Below are positions 34,572 to 46,752 of a stretch of DNA of 64,000 nt, one piece after another. The notes beneath the pieces are model-generated. The model was not told the DNA's origin. It saw only the letters and a list, made by a program, of their open reading frames with translations, and did not search any database. The translations under genes and the position numbers were made by a program. Source of the DNA: Perkinsus chesapeaki ATCC PRA-425 (Eukaryota; Protista; Perkinsozoa); contig JAAPAO010000035.1 in the NCBI GenBank assembly GCA_013115145.1, positions 51,624 to 115,623 of the forward strand. Reading direction: 5' to 3'. Every line of letters begins with the position of its first letter. Within the stretch, counting starts at the first letter, position 1.

Positions 34572-36127
34572 ATGAGAGGTTATCAGATGGCAGCAGCCGG
34601 TTGGCCTATCTGTAAATGGTAGTGAAGAGCTCGCTGTCTAAGATCAACTCTATGGGCATTTTGCCCATGATGCTTATAACGGGAATGGGTGGCAGTTACG
34701 TGTAGTAAAGGGGAGACGACGAGCCTCGGTAGAGTAATAAAGCCTCGGCATAGTAATAAAGCCTCTGTATAGTAATAAAGCCTCTGTATAGTAATAAAGC
34801 CTCTGTATAGTAATAAAGCCTCTNNNNNNNNNNNNNNNNNNNNNNNNNNNNNNNNNNNNNNNNNNNNNNNNNNNNNNNNNNNNNNNNNNNNNNNNNNNNN
34901 NNNNNNNNNNNNNNNNNNNNGTATAGTAATAAAGCCTCTGTATAGTAATAAAGCCTCTGTATAGTAATAAAGCCTCTGTATAGTAATAAAGCCTCTGTAT
35001 AGTAATAAAGCCTCTGTATAGTAATAAAGCCTCTGTATAGTAATAAAGCCTCTGTATAGTAATAAAGCCTCTGTATAGTAATAAAGCCTCGGTATAGTAA
35101 TAAAGCCTCTGTATAGTAATAAAGCCTCGGTATAGTAATAAAGCCTCGGTATAGTAATAAAGCTTCACGCTCTGTTGTGTCTGTAGGATGTATAAAAGAA
35201 GGGAGTATCTGAACACATTAGATAAGCGTCATCACACTCGTGAGATAACAGACAAGTAGGACCTCCTTTACGGAAGCGTACAGCAGTGCAGTCGTCAGAT
35301 GTTACATGGACATTGGCATCGGCAATAAGTATGCAGGAAGGATCATCTTCGGTCTTTACTCCAAACGAGTGCCGATGACTTGCGAGAATTTCGTGCAGCT
35401 ATGCGAGGGTTACAAAGTTGGGGAAGGGGAGACAGAGCGGTTGATAGGATACAAGTAGCTTTATACAAGGCGCTGCACTGATATTCTCGGCACAGGAATA
35501 CGCTATTTTATAAAGTCCAGCCTGGTCTGGCAATCTTCGGAGGTGACACTGTGACGGGCTCTGGTCAGTCCCGAGGCATGAGCATCTATGGCCGGAAGTA
35601 TCCGGACGAGAACTACCACATGCGCTTCGTGCAAGACGGTAGGCTGGGTTGGTCCGCAATTCCGGACTGGTTCGTTATAGGGGATTTGGCGTCTATGGGA
35701 TGGGGACCAAACACTAATTCGTCTCACTTCATGATCACGCTGCTCCCGAGTCCTCCTCTGCATGGGCGCTATGTGGTCTTCGGTACAGTGTTGAGGGGAA
35801 TGAAGATCGTTCGAGGCATCGGTGACCAGGCGACGCGAACCGGTGAGTTGTGAGCTGATCGGCCGGTGAAAGGGGCGTATTTCAGGACAGCTTGTCGAGG
35901 AGTGCCGAGTGCTTCAGTGTGGGCTGTACAGAGATGAGTGTCCGCCACCTGTACCGCAGGAGTTTTTGGATACACACAAGCCGACGATGACTCAAATAGA
36001 CTGGGAACGGTATGATAGGGAGGTGCAGAGCAGGCTGAGCGACTATGAGAGAGGCGTCGAAGGAAAAGGAGGAGGAGGAGGAGGAGGGGAACATGAGCCA
36101 TCGTGGCGTGGCGAAGTGGCTGGATGA
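34572..36127 (+). CDS. Divergent cyclophilin-type PPIase-fold protein with N- and C-terminal extensions (start uncertain)
   Basis: Spliced CYMDIGIGNKYAGRIIFGLYSKRVPMTCENFVQLCEG, SIYGRKYPDENY, GPNTNSSHFMIT, LHGRYVVFGTVLRGMKIV. Confidence 0.85.
34722..35164. repeat. 19-bp minisatellite (GTATAGTAATAAAGCCTCT)n, apparently inside a cyclophilin intron, interrupted by an assembly gap
   Basis: Tandem 19-mers lie on both sides of the N run at 34824-34920. The true length is unknown. Confidence 0.97.
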
Positions 36128-36191
36128 GTTTCTGTTAATATCTGAGAGCCTTTTGTTTTTTAACCCTACAGCATAGGCAGGCTTCACTTTA

Positions 36192-36880
36192 ATGCTCACT
36201 CTAAGGCTCGCAAGGGGCCCATTGGTAGGCCGGACTTGGACCGTGCTGAACGGCTATGCTGGTATAGATTCATCACCGATGTCTGCCGCGCTACCGGTGT
36301 CTCTCCTCAGGCACCACCCTTCCTACTGCGGGCATGATGATTGGAGAGCAACGGCGTTATTCGCATCATAATGTGGCGAACGGATGGTATAGCCCGACGA
36401 GACTGCTGGAATGGAGGAGACTGCAACTTTACGCACTCGCCGTTCATGTAGGAATGGTTCGGCGGCCGCGATGTGACTGTGGACTTTGCAGATAAAGCAA
36501 AAGCAGAATTTGAAGGACAGAAGGCGGCATGCTTACAGCGGAGCGACGCAAAGGTTTCTGTTGACGAGGTTCGGTTGGATGTTCCGACGGTAGGCGGGGA
36601 ATATACAACACTTGCAGTGTGGAGACTCAGGGCAAATTTGAACTGTGACCGGGCAAGGAAGCGGACGCGTCCGCAGCGGCTGATAGCGACGAGCTACCGT
36701 TTGCTGCATCGGAGGGACCATGTGTAGGGATGCCTTGTGGAGCCTTGGGAAGGGCTTTGGCCACTCAGGTGGATGAAGAAGCTGTGGCCCCATCACGTGT
36801 TCTTCGTACGAGATCCGCCCATAGACCACAATATCAATTTGAGGATGGAACGGCAGCTTCTGCCTGCCCATATTGCATAG
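36192..36880 (+). CDS. Small basic multi-exon hypothetical protein with mitochondrial-presequence-like N-terminus
   Basis: One possible GT-AG splice path gives MLTLRLARGPL..HHRCLPRYRCLSS...RARKRTRPQRLIATSYRLLHRRDHVWMKKLWPHHVFF...HIA*. The model is tentative. Confidence 0.35.
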
Positions 36881-37019
36881 TCATGACGTTGCTATGGAAT
36901 GACGGTTTCTGGAAGGGAGCATTGGACTTTGTGTTGCTTAGTGAGTGAAGTGGATATTAGTGGGCCCTTCAGGGCCGATAAGGAAGCGTAGCGAGCCGAA
37001 CATCAGTTAATTAAGGGTG

Positions 37020-38296
37020 ATGCCGAGCGAATGCTCCCCAACTAGCAGCGAACTGTCTGATAACCACGGCAGGAAACGGAAGCGAAACTCTCCTGCAGAG
37101 ACCGAGTAAAACCGCCGGTGAGAGTGGAACGTTGATGGTTCTCTCAGTCGGTCCGACTTAAGTGGCTCTGATCTCCGGCGGAGCAGGCGATCGAGTATTC
37201 GACGACAACAACGAGTGCTTTATAGCGAGGCTTTGAACAAACAGGTGACTTGGCTCGAGGCTTGGATTGGTACGGATGGTTTTCAGTTGGCAATAGAGAG
37301 AGCGGTGGCTCCTGTCGTACGACATCCCGACGCAACACCGTGGGGTAGCCCAGATGATGATAACAGTGGGATTATGCTGCCCGAGAACGGCCGGAAAAAC
37401 GTTGCTCTCATGCGTTGTGTCTTCCTCGGCCCCAAAATACTGGCTAAAGATTAAGTTCTGTACCAACGGTGACATTATATAATGTAGAAGTAAATATCAA
37501 ACTGAACAAGACATCTTGCGTTTGCCAACGCATAACACTGAGCGGTCCACAGCATTCCCACCGATCTCCAAAGTGTTCGTCGAAGAGGCTACCTCCACAA
37601 CTCGCCGAAGCGATCGCTCGAGGCGTCTCGGTTCCGCCATGAAACGCGTGGACGACGAAACGCGGCATCAGGTGCTCTGCTGTGTTCCTTCGACGATTTT
37701 AGCTGACAGCCTCGCAGGTAGCCGAGGCCCGGCTGTTAGCTCTCGAGCGTGACCAAGCATCGGGGGCTGTTGATACCTTCGATGCTGCCGATGACGTCTG
37801 GGAGCCGAGTGATAGCAGCGATGATGATACTGTGGCAGCTAATTCTTACAAACGACGAAGATCTCGGAAGACAGACGCACCAGGTGAGCCTTCAACTCTG
37901 AGTAATTCGTTTTCATCAAACTTCCTTCTTACAACAGCCCACTAGTCTAGGACCGGGGCGGCTCCGTATTTGCGTTGGTTTCAGAGCAATCAGTTATTGG
38001 CACCAAGCGTGAACGTAAAACACTGGAGATGATACTGGTAGAGGACCGAGCAGAGACCGAGAAGACACGTAATTCACACCGCCGTTCAGCTGTTCAGACT
38101 GCGTGTCGTTTTAGCCAATCTCGTCAACACATTCGAAGGTTGCGAAGTCGGAGAGTCCCGGTACCCCTCGGTGAAGATCTGCAGTGTGTGCTTGTACTTG
38201 GCGAAGTACCAATGTGTCCGTTGCGGTATGCTTTACTGTTCCAAACGCTGTCACGATATTCACCGAGAAACAAAGTGTGTAAAATTCGCAGAGTGA
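37020..38296 (+). CDS. ZNHIT1: SWR1 complex subunit SWC6/Vps71/ZNHIT1 (HIT zinc finger); N-terminal extent uncertain
   Basis: RVDDETRHQ|VAEARLLALERDQ, RKTLEMILVE and C-terminal CSVCLYLAKYQCVRCGMLYCSKRCHDIHRETKCVKF*. Confidence 0.85.
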
Positions 38297-38424
38297 GTCC
38301 ACGAATGTTGCGTTGCCTCTCAGTAAGTGAGACCTCTTTCTCTACGAAGAACTGATTAACCCAACAAATGCAACGGAACAACAGCACAGCAACCATAGTG
38401 GCACAACTCATGGGATAAGATCGC

Positions 38425-39273
38425 CTATCCACCTGCTATAAGGTCCGGCGTAGCGGCCCCGCGTCCAACAGGCTTCATCGACCAAGTCCAGGACTCTCTC
38501 TTACACGAGCCTTCGACGACACGACGGCCTCGAGGTGGGTTGTCATTCCCCTGTGATGGAACAATCGGTTGCACCACCCTTACTTGACCGACACTTGTCG
38601 GGCCGCGTACGATGCGTTTGCCGACTGGCCGCCTAGGCGAGGGTGGGCGATTGAAAATGCCGCTCGTGTCAGGGCCGCCCAGAGCCGTGGCCATGCCGCG
38701 ACTGCTGCCTAGTACGGAGTTAGCATAACTGTCCGACAGACGCCTGGCCTTCCTGTCGCTCACCGGCGATTGGGCCCCGCTGTCCTCATTGGTGAAGATG
38801 TGTGATATGCGAACCCTTTGAGCGTTGGCCCAGGCCTCGGGCCCGCCAATAGGTGCTCGAAGACTTTGTACGATAAGAGAGTCATCGGGATTGATAACGT
38901 GAGACGCTCTCGAGCGTGTGGCGATACCGACAGCTTGCTCGCCCCGCACACGCGCCCCTCTGGGAGAGAGGCCCATGGCGGCCACCGTCGACGGTGCGGG
39001 CAGCGGGCCCAACAGCCTTCGCGAAGGTCTCAGGGGGGCACTGCGGCCTTCACCGATGTTCGCAAGATTCCTCACGGAAACCGTGGGCGACTTGACCTTC
39101 TTTCTAGCTTGTTCGAACTCGATTCGAGCGCTCTGGGGACTAATGTGTGCCTTGCCGGCGGCTCGAGGCTCGCCATTGTGGTGCCCAGGCAACGATAACT
39201 TTTTGAAAGGGGAACGGTTGCTCGGCTTTGCATCGGCAACTTTGACATCGGCGTCCTTGGAGGGTATGGTCAC
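38425..39273 (-). CDS. Intronless basic, Ser/Pro/Arg-rich hypothetical protein (282 aa)
   Basis: Long ATG-initiated ORF filling the gap between ZNHIT1 and the kinesin. No known domain recognised. Confidence 0.6.
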   Translation of the reverse strand: MTIPSKDADVKVADAKPSNRSPFKKLSLPGHHNGEPRAAGKAHISPQSARIEFEQARKKVKSPTVSVRNLANIGEGRSAPLRPSRRLLGPLPAPSTVAAMGLSPRGARVRGEQAVGIATRSRASHVINPDDSLIVQSLRAPIGGPEAWANAQRVRISHIFTNEDSGAQSPVSDRKARRLSDSYANSVLGSSRGMATALGGPDTSGIFNRPPSPRRPVGKRIVRGPTSVGQVRVVQPIVPSQGNDNPPRGRRVVEGSCKRESWTWSMKPVGRGAATPDLIAGG

Positions 39274-39546
39274 GGGCTCGCGATACCTGCACGGAACAAT
39301 CTAGAGGGGAAGGCGAAACTGTGTTACTTTGGAATGTCTGGTGATATTTCTATTGGAACGGCAGATGAGTAAGGCGCTGGCCTGAGGACTCCCAGGAGAC
39401 TGCTGCCCTGCATTTGCCTCGCGTAGATCTCTCTTGAGACGCTTCTTGGAGAAAGCATTCTTGAAATCTGCTGAAACGAACCCCGGTGACCGCATGTGGT
39501 AAACTCAAACCAGTGATCAATGACAACAAAGAGCACACTGTGCTGG

Positions 39547-41550
39547 TCAATTCATGTGGAATTCCAACTTCTCGCCGGCCAGCATTTTGCCCACTTGCAG
39601 CACCGGTACGCGAACTCCCCTGAAATCGGCGAGGTGCTCTCGAGTCCCGGATTGCCGAGACATTCCAGGGCTGTTGAGGAGAGCCTCGGCCCTGGCTTGG
39701 TCTTGGAGCCTCTCGATCTCGGCCTTAGCCAGCGCGGCCTCCTTCTTGGCTTCCCGCAACTGCTGCCGAAGTATCGTTATTTCGACTCGTTTGTTGGCCG
39801 AGAGCCGCTCCGACGTCTGCGAGGCTGTTTCGGAAATCGCAACAGGCGTCCCCGAGTCATCCGAGTTGTCAGCTGTGGTCTCGCTGGGGCTGCTGGAGCG
39901 CTCGTTCTGGAAGTCGATGGCGGATATCAGTTGGCTAACGTCGTTCCCCGGGTGTGGGCGACGGCCTCCCAGTTTCCGGCCAGAACCGTTGTGGCTGGCT
40001 GCGGCGGTCATCAGTCTTCGGCGGATTTTGCACACTGTACAAGGAGCGTCCTCGTCATGCGAAAGCTCCTCAAGGCTCTCAGTGCTGCCACTGCCGTCCA
40101 TTCTCGCCAGCAAGTGCTCAGCCGTGCCCACGAGGGCTGCTTGGCGACGTTTGAGATTGGATGCCGCTTGATGTAGTCGGAGCACTATAGCGTCAAGGTC
40201 CTTATTATTAGATACGTAATTGACGCCTTTATCAGGTGAGGAGCTCGCCTTCTCCTTGCTCGGGGAGGCCGACTTCAGCTCCTCTATCTGAGCTCGCAGC
40301 TTCTCTATGGTCTCCCGTTGCTTAGCAATCATACTGTGTTCCGCCGAAACATAGTGGACCATGGGCTTGGCCGAGGCCGTCACTGCCGATGCTCGTATCG
40401 CAAACCTCAAAGACGACACGGAGTGCTCGATGACCGATCTCTGAGCCCCTGGGTGCAGCGTGACCAGTATGGCTGATCTAGCCCCCGCCTGAGGCGACAG
40501 GAACGGGACAAGCAATTGTGTCAGTTTACTGTCCCTCCAAGGTACGTGAGACGGCTTCGCCACAGTGGCGAGCTTGTTAACGATTTCTCTGAGGAAGAAG
40601 AGGCTCTTATTGATGCTGCATGTCTCCAGTCTGTTGGTTATATCGTCAGCCCTCTCGCTGCCGGCCAAGTCCACTATGCACAGTGTGCCCACCCTCGTCA
40701 GCTCGTCTCCACTAGCCTTACTCTCGACCTTTATGAAACACAATGCGTGGCTTCGGCTGGATATCTCGTTGAACTGCGAGCTTGCCACGGCGCGCCGGCG
40801 GTCCTCAGCCCTTTCAAGTGCGGATATTATCTCAGTGCTGCTACGGACTATCTTTTCCTTCAGGCCTTCGACATAGAACTCTCCTCCCGGGCCCTCCATG
40901 TCCTCTCTTACAGCCAGATTCCGGCTCTCCGAAGAGAGCGGCCGCAGCAGGTCGTTAACCCTTTCATTGTAGACCTCCAAATACGACATTCGCACTAGAT
41001 ACTCCGACCCTGTGTCGGCTGCGTCACCGTCAATGCCGGCAAAAATATCCTGAGCTGCGTAGTGTGCGATGCCTTTAATCCTGTGTCCCTTGGCCCGACA
41101 CCCGAACATCGAGTAAGTCTTGCCAGAGCCAGTCTGACCATAGGCCAACAGGGCCCCATTCAGGCCATCCTTCACCGCGCCAACCGTGTCCTTGAACAGC
41201 TCCTCGTAAACTTCCCTGGTCGGCTCCGAGCTGAAAACACTGTCAACCGTCACTTCATATTTCTGGCCCTCCTCTCGAGGATGACTTCTCCGTTTTGCGG
41301 CGTCCGGTGAAAAACCGCCAGATGGTCGTCGAGTATCTCGGAGGGCGCCTCGCCACTCACCAAGCGGCAAGGCTATCGTGTTCCCCGAAATTTGCCAAGC
41401 AGCTCTTGTATGGCCTGAACCAGGAACATCTTCGGCGGCGGCGGCCTCCAGTGGCGGCTCACCTTGTGCTATTTCGTTATCAAGTAGAGGGCGCAGCCTG
41501 ACTGCCACTCGGATGCGGTTTCGTTCCTCACTTTTAGCCGTTGATCTCAT
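39547..41550 (-). CDS. N-terminal-motor kinesin (possibly kinesin-7/CENP-E-like), intronless, with coiled-coil tail
   Basis: IRVAVRLRPL, P-loop YGQTGSGKTYSM, SYLEVYNERVNDLL, switch I SSRSH, switch II VDLAGSER, HVPWRDSKLTQLL. Confidence 0.95.
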   Translation of the reverse strand: MRSTAKSEERNRIRVAVRLRPLLDNEIAQGEPPLEAAAAEDVPGSGHTRAAWQISGNTIALPLGEWRGALRDTRRPSGGFSPDAAKRRSHPREEGQKYEVTVDSVFSSEPTREVYEELFKDTVGAVKDGLNGALLAYGQTGSGKTYSMFGCRAKGHRIKGIAHYAAQDIFAGIDGDAADTGSEYLVRMSYLEVYNERVNDLLRPLSSESRNLAVREDMEGPGGEFYVEGLKEKIVRSSTEIISALERAEDRRRAVASSQFNEISSRSHALCFIKVESKASGDELTRVGTLCIVDLAGSERADDITNRLETCSINKSLFFLREIVNKLATVAKPSHVPWRDSKLTQLLVPFLSPQAGARSAILVTLHPGAQRSVIEHSVSSLRFAIRASAVTASAKPMVHYVSAEHSMIAKQRETIEKLRAQIEELKSASPSKEKASSSPDKGVNYVSNNKDLDAIVLRLHQAASNLKRRQAALVGTAEHLLARMDGSGSTESLEELSHDEDAPCTVCKIRRRLMTAAASHNGSGRKLGGRRPHPGNDVSQLISAIDFQNERSSSPSETTADNSDDSGTPVAISETASQTSERLSANKRVEITILRQQLREAKKEAALAKAEIERLQDQARAEALLNSPGMSRQSGTREHLADFRGVRVPVLQVGKMLAGEKLEFHMN

Positions 41551-41699
41551 CGTGGGTCTAGTGATTGAAATTACTGCTGCAAGGCATTATGGTTCAATTG
41601 ACCAACTCGACACTGTGATGTGGACAAAGGATGGTATTCAATGGTATTGGTGTAATAGACAGCAGGAGGTAAACCCACAATGTACTTCAACTAATCTGC

Positions 41700-43531
41700 T
41701 CACCACCGTGGTGGTAAAGGCTGGGCCACCGGTCTTCGGTATTGGGCCATATCGAACGCATTCCGCGCTGCTGGCCCAGAGCCCCTGATTGGTCCCGAGG
41801 CCTGCTGATCGTTCCAGCCCGGGGCCGGAGGTTGGTGCTGATATCGCCCATATGGCGCCGTACGGTGGGTAGGCTGATATCTGTGGTCCACAACCCGCTC
41901 ATAGCGTCCTGCTGGCTCCAATGGCCGTGGGACATGGGGTTGCTGACGCTGAGGCATGAGAGGGACTGCTCGAAGGGGATGTGCTGCTGCGCTCCCCTTG
42001 GGCCCTCGAGGTTGGTCCATGGCTGGCTCGTAGTGCTGTATGCTCTCGATGTGCTTGTCAATACTGCTAGCGGTGTCGCTGCGATCCAGCTCAACTTCAA
42101 CGGGCTTCGACATTGGCTTCTCTCCAGATATCTCCACGCCTTCTCGTCCCTCCCCATGGTACCGCTCAAAGACAGCCTCGACCTCTGCCGATCCATGGCC
42201 CATCACCAGTGGCTGAATCAGACTGTGCCCTCGCTTCTGGTCCCAATGGTGAACGCAGTCACAGAGGGTCATGGCGGCATGGAACAACGATGCACGGACC
42301 GTCCTCCACTGGAAGCATTTATTGCCGATGTCGGACGAAGGCTCGAGAGGGCTCTCCATGCAGATGATATCGTTTCCGTGATTCCTCTTGCTAATCACGT
42401 CAAATCTTCGCTCCGCTTTGTTGAATATTTTTCCGCCATTAGTGACCGAGAGGCCGTAGATATCGCAGCGGAAGTCCCTGCCCAGCCACTGAAGCATGTC
42501 CACCAACAGGTGGCCAAGGCTCTCGCCGCCAGTACTACTGTGAGTGTAGCCGTATGAGCTAGGATGCTGCTGAAGGAAGGATATCACCAGACAAGCGGCG
42601 AGGTAGCTTCCGACGCCACCAGTAAAGGTAAGGTTCAGCTTCCTGGTCGCCAAATAGGTTTTAAGGAAGATCATCAACGGTTTGAACGCCGGATACTTGT
42701 TAACACCCTCCCGCATGACAAACTTGGTGGTGTCCGAAGAATCAGGCTCCCCGGTGGAGTTGTCGTGGACGGAGACATCGACTTCGATGTGAGGCGGAAG
42801 GACGTCCACAAGTTTGACGATCGGCACCCGAGCCGTTTCCCGGAGCTCGAGCTCCTTGAGCTGACCCTGACTCAGTAGCTTATCCGACAGCGTTCGAATG
42901 GCCTCTACAGCTCCTATGGGGACGTTCTGCAGCGAAAGGTCGATGTCGCCGCATGGAAGGCTGAGGCCGGAGAGGAAGCTACCAAACACCTTAAGCTCGC
43001 ACTCGGGCCAGAGGTCCTTGCAAGCACCGTTGATTCTTGCTATGAACTCCTCCCGGGCCTTAACTTCGTGATCATTCAAGACGACCCATTTAGTGTAGTC
43101 AACTAGCTCCTCATGTAGCATAAGGTGCATAGGGAGCTGAGGGTCATACCCACCCTCGGGCCACCAAGGCGGAGCCTGGGACATCGCCGGGGCCGGCCGA
43201 GCATCGGCTACGATGGCCTTGAACGCCTCAGGTACGGCAGCCGAGGCCGTGGCGATGCTCATAAAGTTATCCCCCTCCTCCCCAACGGTATCCGCTTCAG
43301 CCTTTGCCTTCTCTTTCCGTGGCCGCCGTAGAAGGGCTCTCATAGATACGTTCTTGCCTGCCTGAAAGATCGACGATGTACGGCAGCGATCGCCTGAGGC
43401 CCGGCCCTTCCCCCCGCCGACCCTAGTACCCGCTCCTTGTTCATCTCCTCCTCCTCGGGCGTAATGAACTGCTCCACAAAAGCCTCATATGCATCATTAG
43501 TCTTGGATGAAGAAGCAACACTCTCGGCCAT
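41700..43531 (-). CDS. TRF4: TRF4/5 (PAPD5/7-like) non-canonical poly(A) polymerase; one 5' intron joins MAESVAS...NKER to AGKNVSMRALL
   Basis: LHEELVDY...LWPECELKVFGSFLSGLSLPCGDIDL (GS...DxD), ARVPIVKL, EVDVSV, TFTGGVGSY, ICMESPLEP..DIG. Confidence 0.92.
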
Positions 43532-44036
43532 GGTTGGGAGGACGATACGAGCGAGAAAGATGAAGATCGCAATCGTTGAGGAAACGTAAGTCTATACAAG
43601 ATCGCAAGATTGCCTGAATCCGAAATGCGAAAAGACGTGAAATCATATCGGCGGTTCATGAAGTCTACAGTGGAAGTTTAGCCTGTTTAAAATGCATCTT
43701 TGATACCTGCTTCAAGCAGGTAAACAGGCTGCTTGCACCAATGAGGTTTGGGAGACCCTACCGCGAAATGGGCTTGATAGAAAAATTCGGAGCTCCTATT
43801 TGGCGAAGTTGAACTTGAAGGATTCGAAATAGGTTAGTTGGATGACTTTCGGAACTCAAAATTACTTATAACGTACTATATTGAGGATATTCACAGGGAA
43901 AGAGTGGATACGTCTTTAAAAGGCAAAGTATCATTTTGACGCTCTTTCACATCTCCATACCGTGCACTTCACTTGTGTAAAACGCGTTACAACTAGGGAA
44001 CATATTCCCTACCCCTACGTACCAGTTTGTCCTTCA

Positions 44037-46752
44037 ATGAGCGCTTCCGGCCGCGGACGGAGTTTGACCCGAGATGGTCTACCAGCAGGAGCAAACGGGA
44101 GGAATATCTTCAAGTAGGACTTCACTTGAGAAAAAGAGGGGGAAGCTCGTGTCTTAGTTTCACGCCCTCCCCACGACGTTTAAGATCACCAGGCTCCCCG
44201 CTCAAACAGCCACCTTGGAGGCCGGCCGGCATGCCCCAGCGAAGGTAGATGGGCTAGCACGGGCATGGACCAGGATGCTGCTCATTAGGTGGATGACGCC
44301 ACCGAACCATTGCTCTCCGGAACCTTCGCCTCGGCGACGGTCACCGGAGAACACTCCACGGCAGCGGCGGCAGGCACCGCAGTCGGGGCCAGATGCGGAG
44401 ATCGTCTTGACGATAAGATCCGTCTTTCAAAAGAGCGTTACAGAGGACAAGTAGTAGCGGGAGAGACAAGCCGGCTTTATTGTGCCTTCAGGGTTAAGGA
44501 TTTTGTGCTTGGGCATTTGTCTATGGCCGGTGGCGTGCCCATGGAGGCATTCCGCATCACCAAGTAGGCGATCGGTGGGTTGGGTTTGATTGGCACGGTG
44601 GGCCGGCAGGTATCAGCAGCGGCCCGGGGAGATAGCGATATCCATGCGAGTGCGACAAACAGACTTGGGCAGCAGTACGGAGATGGTGCGGCGATTGGCC
44701 AAGGCGCTGGAGGATCCGAAGTCGAGGCTGCACCGGCCGGGGTCGCTGTCAAGCCGAGTGTTCACTGGAGCTAGGATGGATGTAGTTAACCCGGGGGCAT
44801 CACAAAGGGGATGGACGTCACCGATGCCCACCAGGGCCCACTCCCCTCCGGTCAGCACCGGTAGTCCCGAGAAGTCCAGTTCGGTCGGCAGTGCAAGGCG
44901 GACCTCTCGTGAGCCGGTGGTGGCTAAGCCGAGGCCTCCCGAACCGCAGAGCAGAGGGCGGAGCGCAGGCGTGTTGGGCTCGGGGAGGATCGTGCCGAAG
45001 CCTAAGAAGGCTGCAACGGTAGCACCGCAAGTGAGAGATAAAGTAGTAGGCAAGGAGGGGATAAAGGAAGGGCAGCAAAGGCGCGTGGGATCGATCAAAA
45101 CTCCGACCGCCGCCCGGAAGGAAGAATCACCGTTCTTGGCCAAGCTCAGGGAAAACATATTGGGCAAGCCTGGCCAGCCGGCAACCGGTCCAGCAGCCGT
45201 TGGCTACGGTGTCACTGTTACTCCTGCCAAAGTGCTGGGTGCTGGAGCTCCACCGGAGCCTACTGAAGGGGTTGTAATCAAGCACGGTGATGCGGAGCAG
45301 CAGGCAGCGAACTCTATACTGGAGGCTCGCCGTGGACTTAAGCAACAGGAAGTTCGGACTCCGGACTCCCCTGGGTCTCTGTCGGCCGCCTCGGCAGCGC
45401 GCAATATTGACATTCACACAGATGAAGTTGAGGTGCCTGTGATGGACACCACTCTGTGGAACCGGACACTGTATGGCAGTGCGGCCAAGTTCGCTGGGCC
45501 GGTGGTGCGTAGTGGCGACGCCACCGGGGAGGGCGGCCAAGCCTGGGCTGTCAGCGAGGTGGCCCCGTATGTCCGCGGTGACGAACTGATATGGAAGTGC
45601 GAAGTCTCTGAGCTGCTGGGCGCTGACCTGACTCGGAGCGCACAGTCCACTGGGCCTGGATTTGGAGTGTGCAGTGCCCCTGCCGAAGGCGGCAAGAAGG
45701 TCGACGTGGCGATGAGTCTGGTGCAGGCGACTCTGCTCGGGTACGATGTAGACAGTGTTTGTGTAGCGGGGAGGTGGGTAGAGGCGGACAAGGTTTTCAA
45801 ACCGGACTGGGCACGGGACTTGAGGATCGAAGACTCCATCACAGTGGTGGCGGAGCGAAGCGCGGAGGGATTGTCGATTTTCGTTAACGGCCATGAAGTC
45901 CACCGGCAGTACCTTAAAGGGAAGATGCCCAAGAGCCCGAGGCTGACTATCGACTTGCTGGGTAAGGTGGCAGCGGTGCGTGTTCTGCCCACTGCGGACG
46001 TCGGGGAGGCGTTGGCGTCGTGGCCGCTGGTGCGAGGCTCTCAGCGATCATCCACGAGCTCCGACTACAAGAGAGGCATTATACGGACCCAAGCATCTGT
46101 GTCTTCTAGGTCGGCGGCCACTGAGGGCAGGTCATCCCGAGCGTCGACACAAGAGGCTGTCTCCGTGGCATCAAAGAGTGCGTCAAGCAGAGCGTCTACC
46201 ACCCAGTCATACACAGCAGTCAGCAGCAGCATCAGGCCTGAAAGGAGCTCCGCGGTCCCTCAGTCTTATACTTCTACCAATAGCCACCCGGAAACCAACA
46301 CAGTTACTCAGTCCTACAGAGACAGTCGGTCAGGCCGAAGCTCGCTGGTGCCGTCGGGTACTGGTAGCAGCAGCAGTCGCCTTGGGGGGAGCTCGGTGAC
46401 ACGTTCATACAGCGTTAGTAGAACGGCTTCGGTGACACATCCAAGCCGCACTGACCCTAGTGAATCCAGCTATGGGTCCCGAACAGGAACGGTGACTGTG
46501 AGCTCATCTGGGCAGTCCTATGAGACGGGCTCAGTGACAGTCACCTCGAGCGCTACTGGTACTGCGGAGAGCGTCACGGTCACAGAGTCTTCGGGGTACT
46601 CCAGTCGAAGCGAAAGCGTAAGTGTATCCTCTTCCTCCCGTAGCGACTCCTACTCGCCCTCGGTGAGTGTGTCGAGCAGCGGCACTGAGAACGCGTCGTC
46701 GGTATCGGTGACCAGCAGCTACGTGAGCTCCTATTCGTCCACATCATCTTAA
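44037..46752 (+). CDS. Hypothetical protein with Pro/Arg-rich N-half, neuralized(NHR)/SPRY-like beta domain and long Ser/Thr-rich tail
   Basis: Four short 5' exons splice into ORF 44590-46752. The segment DLRIEDSITVVAE..GLSIFVNG...PRLTIDLLGKVAAVRVL resembles the NHR C-terminal half. Confidence 0.65.

Noticed and set aside
34674-35216. 180-aa ORF (YYYTEALLLYRGFITIQRL repeats)
   Set aside because: Translation of the 19-bp satellite across an N gap.
36340-36450. CWNGGDCNFTH, a CCCH-finger-like string
   Set aside because: That frame is closed by stops on both sides and lacks the first Cys.
39520-46399. Numerous long antisense or alternate-frame ORFs over the kinesin, TRF4 and NHR genes
   Set aside because: These are shadows of GC-rich coding sequence with no independent motifs.
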